NCBI GenBank assembly: GCA_963835065.1
Contig: CAWIEK010000001.1
Coordinates: 32,001-96,000 of the forward strand
From: an uncultured Chthonomonadaceae bacterium
Lineage (GTDB): Bacteria; Armatimonadota; Chthonomonadetes; Chthonomonadales; Chthonomonadaceae
Direction: 5' to 3'
DNA: 64,000 nt
Shown: positions 58,783 through 64,000 of the stretch, one piece after another
Position numbering within the stretch: position 1 is the first letter of the stretch
How the letters are laid out: each line of letters opens with the position of its first letter
Notes under the pieces: generated by a model
What the model was told of the DNA's origin: nothing
The model's database searches: none
The model's input: the letters and a program-made list of their open reading frames with translations, nothing else
Made by a program: the position numbers and the translations under genes

Positions 58783-60786
58783 ATGGGAGCAAACATGATA
58801 GACGCAATACCTACCGAATCGCATGAACGGTTTGCCGCAAAGTTTACGCGCCGCTGGAATGTCAGGCTGGCGGGAGCCGCAGGCGGACTTGTGCTGGCTC
58901 TGCTGATCTCGCCCGGCAGCCGTCGTCTGCTGGTCGCGCAGGCGGAATTGACCGTACCGGTATCCGCAAATGTCGCTTCGCTTGCCGGCGGTCAGCTTGG
59001 CATTCAGGCCAACCCGTTCGAGAGCCGAACTGCGGCAAGAGTATCGGCGGCGACTGCCGAGCGGCATCCTGACGACTTGCAGGTTCAGATTGCCAATGCC
59101 TGCTCGCTGCTGCCGGACGGCAAAACGCCGACTTCCCTGCAAAAAGTACAGCGCCTTCGCGCGCTGAAAAGCCGCTTCGGAGATAGCCCCTCCCTGTATG
59201 CCAATGTCCTGCGTTACGATATAATGGGCGAAATCAGCGCGCATCATAGCGTTGACCAGCGCGACCTGAGCGGCGAACCCATTACAAATGATATGTTGGA
59301 AAACGCGCGCAAAGAGGAGGCGCAATCCCTTAATTTGGTGGCATACAGCGCGTACGACCAAGATTGCGCTGAGGGCGAGCGATTGGACCCGGACAACGCT
59401 TATTTCCCATTTATGCGCGCCATTGGACTTTTCGGCGTTCATCGTGACGGTGAGGCGCTGGAAGCGGTAGCCCTCGCCGCCCGTAAACCGCTCTGGCGCG
59501 AGTATTACAATGACGAGGTGCGGGGCCAGTGGCGATTGCAGGATGAAGGATTTGTCAACAACAGCGCGATTCTTCATTCCCTGTCCGCCATGTTCCTCCT
59601 GTTTCCGCAGTACGCTCAGATGCGCTCGGCGGCTCGCGTGACGATCCATGCGGCGATGCAGGCGGAACAGTCGGGCCATGTCAAAGAAGGCTTGGCGATG
59701 CGCGAAAACGTCGCGCGTCTTGGCAGCCTGATGAGCGCTCATTCCGCCAGCCTGATCGGTTCGCTGGTGGGAAACGCAGTCACTGAAACCGCTATTGCGC
59801 GGCCCGGCGGCGAGGAAGCCATCAAGTCCGACGAGCGCAACGAAAAACAGACGATTGCGGCGCGGCGGGGTCGCTTCGACGCTTATCTGCGGCGCATAAA
59901 CGCCGGGGATGCGCAGGACACGTTTCATGCGGCGCAGCAGGCAAGCGACCAGGCCAGAGAGATTGTCCACGAGGGCAGCAAGCTGGAAGTGTTTGAGCAG
60001 CCGCTCAAGAATCTGATTACCTGGTGGGTGGTGGATTTGGTGACGCTTGCCAACATTCTGTGGCTGCTCGTGTTGGGCGGAATTGCCGGATTGTGTCTGC
60101 GCAGTCCGCGATTGCGGGCGGGTACTGGCCTGCCGGGGTATGCGCGGTTCGCCCTGCCGACGGGCATTGTCGGCGGCATACTGGCCGCGCCCTTCCTGTT
60201 GGCCGGTGGCTCTAACTGTTTCCAGAGCATTGCGTTTGACGACAGAAGCAGGCTGATGTTTGCCGGTCTTACGCCGCTGCTGTTTCTGCTTGTGTTTCCT
60301 GCCGCGACTTTCCGGGAACGGATGAATCGCGTGGGCGTGTTTGCCGGCAGTTGGCTGGCCGGGGCTGTCCTGACGGGGGGCTTCTTCTGGCAGGCGCGGG
60401 GCGCTGCCGGGATCGCTTTGCTGATGCAGGTTTGCTTCAACCTGTCCAATTGGAACGAATCGGCAAGTTCCGCCCTCACTTCCGGCCTGCTGTGGCTCAC
60501 GCCCTGCGTGTCCCTGCTGATGCTGATAGGAATCGCGATTGGCTGCCGCGTCTGCCGCATCCCGCTTTCGGTCGGGCTGGCAAGAGGCTTTCGCGGGCTG
60601 ATGGTTCCCCTCGCGGCGATCCTGTGCCTGATTTACGGCGGCATGTTGGTGTTCACCATCCGCGCCGAAGCCGCCGTTCAGTACAGCCTGGAACGGACGC
60701 TGGACAACGAGGCGCAGTACATCGCCGATATGTCCGGCAAGCAGTGGCCGCGTACCGACGCCAACAAAGCAGTGGGTTCCAAGTAA
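58783..60786 (+). CDS. Multi-pass membrane protein with TPR-like helical domain
   Basis: GERLDPDNAYF TPR-like turn; N-terminal TM and several C-terminal TM helices; operonic with sigma/anti-sigma. Confidence 0.7.
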   Translation: MGANMIDAIPTESHERFAAKFTRRWNVRLAGAAGGLVLALLISPGSRRLLVAQAELTVPVSANVASLAGGQLGIQANPFESRTAARVSAATAERHPDDLQVQIANACSLLPDGKTPTSLQKVQRLRALKSRFGDSPSLYANVLRYDIMGEISAHHSVDQRDLSGEPITNDMLENARKEEAQSLNLVAYSAYDQDCAEGERLDPDNAYFPFMRAIGLFGVHRDGEALEAVALAARKPLWREYYNDEVRGQWRLQDEGFVNNSAILHSLSAMFLLFPQYAQMRSAARVTIHAAMQAEQSGHVKEGLAMRENVARLGSLMSAHSASLIGSLVGNAVTETAIARPGGEEAIKSDERNEKQTIAARRGRFDAYLRRINAGDAQDTFHAAQQASDQAREIVHEGSKLEVFEQPLKNLITWWVVDLVTLANILWLLVLGGIAGLCLRSPRLRAGTGLPGYARFALPTGIVGGILAAPFLLAGGSNCFQSIAFDDRSRLMFAGLTPLLFLLVFPAATFRERMNRVGVFAGSWLAGAVLTGGFFWQARGAAGIALLMQVCFNLSNWNESASSALTSGLLWLTPCVSLLMLIGIAIGCRVCRIPLSVGLARGFRGLMVPLAAILCLIYGGMLVFTIRAEAAVQYSLERTLDNEAQYIADMSGKQWPRTDANKAVGSK

Positions 60787-60819
60787 CTAAGGATGTATTA
60801 TGTTCTGACCAAAGGACAA

Positions 60820-60855
60820 CAGGCGAACCATGAAAATTTCTTCATGGTTCGCCTG
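60820..60855. terminator. Hairpin between convergent genes
   Basis: Perfect 15-bp stem caggcgaaccatgaa / ttcatggttcgcctg. Confidence 0.75.
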
Positions 60856-60907
60856 CTTATTTCTCAGTGGAAACCTGCAACAGCGCGTTAAAACGCCGAA
60901 ATTCAAC

Positions 60908-60942
60908 TAACCACCAACCACCAATCACCAGCAACCAATCAC
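60908..60942. repeat. Heptamer repeat (ACCACCA/ATCACCA)n
   Basis: aaccaccaaccaccaatcaccagcaaccaatcac. Confidence 0.7.
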
Positions 60943-60943
60943 G

Positions 60944-61786
60944 TCAGTACGCGATAAACTGCTCCAGGTACTTTTTGCCGATTAGGAAGCCTTCTTCGCG
61001 CTCTACGGCGTCGTCCTCATGCTCGATGGAAATCACGCCGTTGTAGCCGTTGCGGCGCAGGGCGGCGATGTACTCGCCCCACTTGATTTGTCCCAAACCC
61101 GGAATCACGTAGCGCCACCAGCCACTGCCCTGATTGCCGACGATGCGCTTGACGTGCGTTTTTACTTCCGTATCCTTGCCGTGCGTGTGGAAAATGCGAT
61201 CCGCGAACTTGTCTACGGCTTCGATGTAGTCAATGTCCTGCCACAGCAGGTGCGACGGGTCGAAGTTCAGGCCCAGGTTGTTCTGCGGCAGCACTTCAAA
61301 CAATCGCTGCCAGTGGGCAAGGTTTTGGATGTTGGTGGCCGTCCAGTTTTCCAGCGCCAGGCTGACGCCCTTTTCCGAAGCGTGATCCAGGATAGGCGGA
61401 AACACTTGCAGGCAGTCTTCCTCAATGGTCTTGAAGCGATCCTTGCCATTGGGCGGCAAACCGGCCATCGTGGTGACGACGCTGACGCCGAGCAGCGCGG
61501 CGGCGTCAATGGCGTTGTAAAGCGTTTGGATGTTGGCTTCCCGCCGGGCAGGGTCGCCGTCCGTGACATTGGTGTACGCGCCCACCGCCGAGATTTGCAA
61601 TAGCCGTTTTTCCATCAGCGCTTTGATGACTTCTGCGCGTTCGGGCGTGAAGTTGCTGGTGTCAATGTGCTTGCTGCCCGGCCCCGCCGCCACTTCCAGG
61701 CCGCCAAAGCCGTACTCGCCCGCAAACGCGGCCACGATTTCTAAATCTTCCCGGCCAAACGGCCCGGTTAAAATGCCTACATACAT
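60944..61786 (-). CDS. Sugar phosphate isomerase/epimerase (xylose-isomerase-like TIM barrel)
   Basis: GLEV, ALEN, GLNFDPSHL.W, HTHGKD, PGLG.I.W, SIEHED. Confidence 0.9.
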   Translation of the reverse strand: MYVGILTGPFGREDLEIVAAFAGEYGFGGLEVAAGPGSKHIDTSNFTPERAEVIKALMEKRLLQISAVGAYTNVTDGDPARREANIQTLYNAIDAAALLGVSVVTTMAGLPPNGKDRFKTIEEDCLQVFPPILDHASEKGVSLALENWTATNIQNLAHWQRLFEVLPQNNLGLNFDPSHLLWQDIDYIEAVDKFADRIFHTHGKDTEVKTHVKRIVGNQGSGWWRYVIPGLGQIKWGEYIAALRRNGYNGVISIEHEDDAVEREEGFLIGKKYLEQFIAY

Positions 61787-61797
61787 GACAAACCCCC

Positions 61798-62020
61798 GAT
61801 TGTGGATTGTGGATTGACGATTTTCGATTGACGATTGTGGATTGCCAATTAGTTACGTTCCGTTCGTCAATGTGTTTCATGCGGACTTATTCTGGTTTTG
61901 GGCTGCCACTTCCTGCCCAATTTTCGCCGTCAGCAAAGTGAAACGAAAAAACAGCCCGCGCAAGAGCAGCGCAGGCTGTTAAATCGTCAATTGCAAATCC
62001 ACAATCCACAATCGAAAATC
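61798..62020. repeat. Inverted pair of heptamer arrays (GATTGTG/GATTGAC)n ... (AATCGTC/AATCCAC)n
   Basis: 61798-61845 gattgtggattgtggattgacgattttcgattgacgattgtggattg; 61982-62020 aatcgtcaattgcaaatccacaatccacaatcgaaaatc. Confidence 0.85.
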
Positions 62021-63948
62021 TACTTGATGCTTGCTGACTGCTTGAGCGGCGGGTCGGACTTGACGGCGAGTTTTTCGGCGTCTTTGGTGTAGGTCAGGAA
62101 CGCGATGCACATTTCGTCTGTTGTCTGCTCGCCCCACGTCACATCTTTATGGCTGACCTTGTTGGGGTTGCGCGGGTTCTTGTCCGAGTTGTCGTAGTAG
62201 GCCAGCAGGTGCAGGACGCTGCCCTTCGGCAAGGCAATGGGTTCTTTCAGTTGGTAGGTCATCTGCCAGTTGAAGTCCCAATCCTTGATCCAGACGAGTT
62301 CCTTTTCGGTATTGTCCGGCAGGGTCGCCCAGATTTTCATTTCGCGGCCAAGCAGGTGCATGTGCGGCATCACGGTGAGGATATGGCAGTCTTCCCGGAT
62401 GACCGTTTTGGCTTTTACTTCCCGGCGGTCTTCGCCATACGGCAGTTTGAAGCCGAAGTTGATCAGGATGTTGGTACGCGCCAGTTTTTCAATCGTGCCG
62501 TGCTGGAAGTACAGGCCGATTTTGGTCAGGTCGGTTTCCGGCTTGCCATCTTTGTGGTAGTGTACCTGAATGACCAGGTTCGCGCCTTTGGGCAGCAGGG
62601 TTCCCACGCCGGTCGCCAGCTCGTTGGGATCGTTACCCGGCGCCCATCCGCCCAAAAAGCCCGACTGGGCAAAGCCCGGACCGCCGCCCGAAGCCGTGAA
62701 ACCTGGTTCGCCGTCCTTGTCCTGCCCTTCCATTTTGTCGGTCACGCGGTTGGCGTCAATGTAGTTGATAACGTGGTGGACGACGGCGCGGTTGCCCGGA
62801 CGACACTCTACGGAGCGCAGCCATACGTCTGTCGGAAAGTTGGTCTTCACAATAAAGTTGCGGTACACGTCTTCGCCGTCCGCGCTGAGGTGGTAGGCTT
62901 TTTCCGGCTGCAGCACCACGTCCGGCGTTCCTAACTGCCAGCCACTGGCGAATTTGGCGGGCGCGGGCAGGTCTTTGGCATTGCCGAGCGGAGCGCCGTT
63001 ATCGGCCCAGGACGCTAAAACGGTTTTTTCCTTCTCGGAAAGCGTGTGCGCGGCCACATCCTTGAACTCGCCGTAACCGGGCGTGGGTTTCCAGGGCGGC
63101 ATTTGATTGTTCTGCGTGTAGCGCTTGATGTCGGACGACCACGCTTTGGCCTGCTTGTAATCGTTGAGCGTGAAGGGCGCGACTTCCCCGGCGCGGTGGC
63201 AGCTTTCGCACTTGGCGCGCAGGATAGGAGCCACATCGCGGCTGTACGTCGGCACATTGGCGGCAAGCGTCAGGGTCGGCTTGCTGTCGCGGCGAATGGC
63301 GCAGCCGAACGCGAGTTGGGTGGGATGCGCAACCGTTTCGCCCTTGACAACCGCGTTGAGCGTATCGGCAAGGTCATGTTGCGCAACGCGAGTGGCAATC
63401 GCGTTGTCGTCAATGCGGCCCCGGTAGCGAACCACGCCCTGCGCGTCCACGACAATCGCTTCCGGCGTCATTTTCGCGCCAAGCGCATCCGTCAATTTGC
63501 ACTGCGGATCGCGCACAACGGGAATGGCAAGGCCGCGGGATTTGACGTCTTTGGTGACTTCCGCCAGGCTTTCGTGGCTGTCCGGGTACACGGCGAACAT
63601 CTGTACGCCCTGTTTGGCGTATTCGGCGGCAAGCGCGTTGACGCGGGGCATGTACACGTTGCACACAGGGCACTGGCTGGAAACAAACAAAAACACGGTG
63701 GCTTTGTGACCGCTCAAATCGGCGCCGGTATACGTCTTGCCGCTCAGGTCGGTAAAGGCTGCGAATTTAAGAGCGCTGTTTTTCGCGGCTGCCGGAGCCG
63801 ACGTTTTTCCGGCACGGGGCGCGGGTTTCTTTTCCGCTTCGACGCGGCTGCTCCAGGCGGTTGCCCCGATCACAGCAAGCGCGCCCATGCCGCACAAAGC
63901 GCGGGTGGCGCGGGCGGGAAGGTGTGTTTTCATGTGTGTCCTTATCAT
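62020..63948 (-). CDS. Redoxin + cytochrome c + copper type II (PHM-like) monooxygenase fusion
   Basis: CPVC redoxin, YRGRIDD, GCAI; CESCH heme site, MPPW; VVHH, VHYH, PHMH, DEMC Cu-ligand motifs. Confidence 0.85.
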   Translation of the reverse strand: MIRTHMKTHLPARATRALCGMGALAVIGATAWSSRVEAEKKPAPRAGKTSAPAAAKNSALKFAAFTDLSGKTYTGADLSGHKATVFLFVSSQCPVCNVYMPRVNALAAEYAKQGVQMFAVYPDSHESLAEVTKDVKSRGLAIPVVRDPQCKLTDALGAKMTPEAIVVDAQGVVRYRGRIDDNAIATRVAQHDLADTLNAVVKGETVAHPTQLAFGCAIRRDSKPTLTLAANVPTYSRDVAPILRAKCESCHRAGEVAPFTLNDYKQAKAWSSDIKRYTQNNQMPPWKPTPGYGEFKDVAAHTLSEKEKTVLASWADNGAPLGNAKDLPAPAKFASGWQLGTPDVVLQPEKAYHLSADGEDVYRNFIVKTNFPTDVWLRSVECRPGNRAVVHHVINYIDANRVTDKMEGQDKDGEPGFTASGGGPGFAQSGFLGGWAPGNDPNELATGVGTLLPKGANLVIQVHYHKDGKPETDLTKIGLYFQHGTIEKLARTNILINFGFKLPYGEDRREVKAKTVIREDCHILTVMPHMHLLGREMKIWATLPDNTEKELVWIKDWDFNWQMTYQLKEPIALPKGSVLHLLAYYDNSDKNPRNPNKVSHKDVTWGEQTTDEMCIAFLTYTKDAEKLAVKSDPPLKQSASIK

Positions 63949-64000
63949 GGCTCGGAAACTCATCAGTTGAAATCTGCTGCGTCGAGTGAGGTCATTATCC

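Noticed and set aside
391..63948. Bacterial peptide-amidation system from the PAL-like NHL gene plus the PHM-like fusion
   Set aside because: The genes are ~60 kb apart, both families are common, and no precursor peptide or linkage is visible.
1..64000. CRISPR array
   Set aside because: Repeats are 7-9 nt tandem units or isolated palindromes; no 23-47 bp repeats with regular unique spacers and no cas genes.
1..64000. tRNA/rRNA genes, prophage or integrase
   Set aside because: No cloverleaf or rRNA signature, phage structural gene or tyrosine/serine recombinase recognised; tRNAscan was not run.

Overview
A 64 kb GC-rich bacterial chromosomal window. Gene content (SLH protein, OprB-type porin, ECF sigma/anti-sigma pairs, DUF1080, redoxin-monooxygenase fusion) is compatible with an Armatimonadota-like diderm, but taxonomy is only inferred. 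It holds housekeeping genes (thrC, mscL, mreB, murA, uppP, msrA), a four-gene Mg2+/divalent-cation uptake cluster, a divergent citrate synthase / HTH-citrate synthase pair and a GlmL-like ATPase cluster. A ~15 kb defence island (37.7-52.8 kb) carries an AAA ATPase + TOPRIM-like pair, Uma2, type I R-M, an IS3 element and a Lamassu/ABC-three-component system; the IS and Lamassu lie between two ~540 bp direct-repeat copies of the hsdM 5' end. The most striking observation is a spore-photoproduct-lyase-family radical SAM gene (12454-13218). It breaks inside its CxxxCxxC motif into an acidic 92-aa intein N-fragment and stops, with no C-half nearby: a candidate naturally split intein in an unusual host. 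Heptamer tandem repeats of many different sequences occur throughout, often as inverted pairs and twice translated inside genes. About 11 single-base frameshifts in otherwise intact genes most likely reflect uncorrected long-read indels. All family assignments are by motif recognition; no database searches were run.
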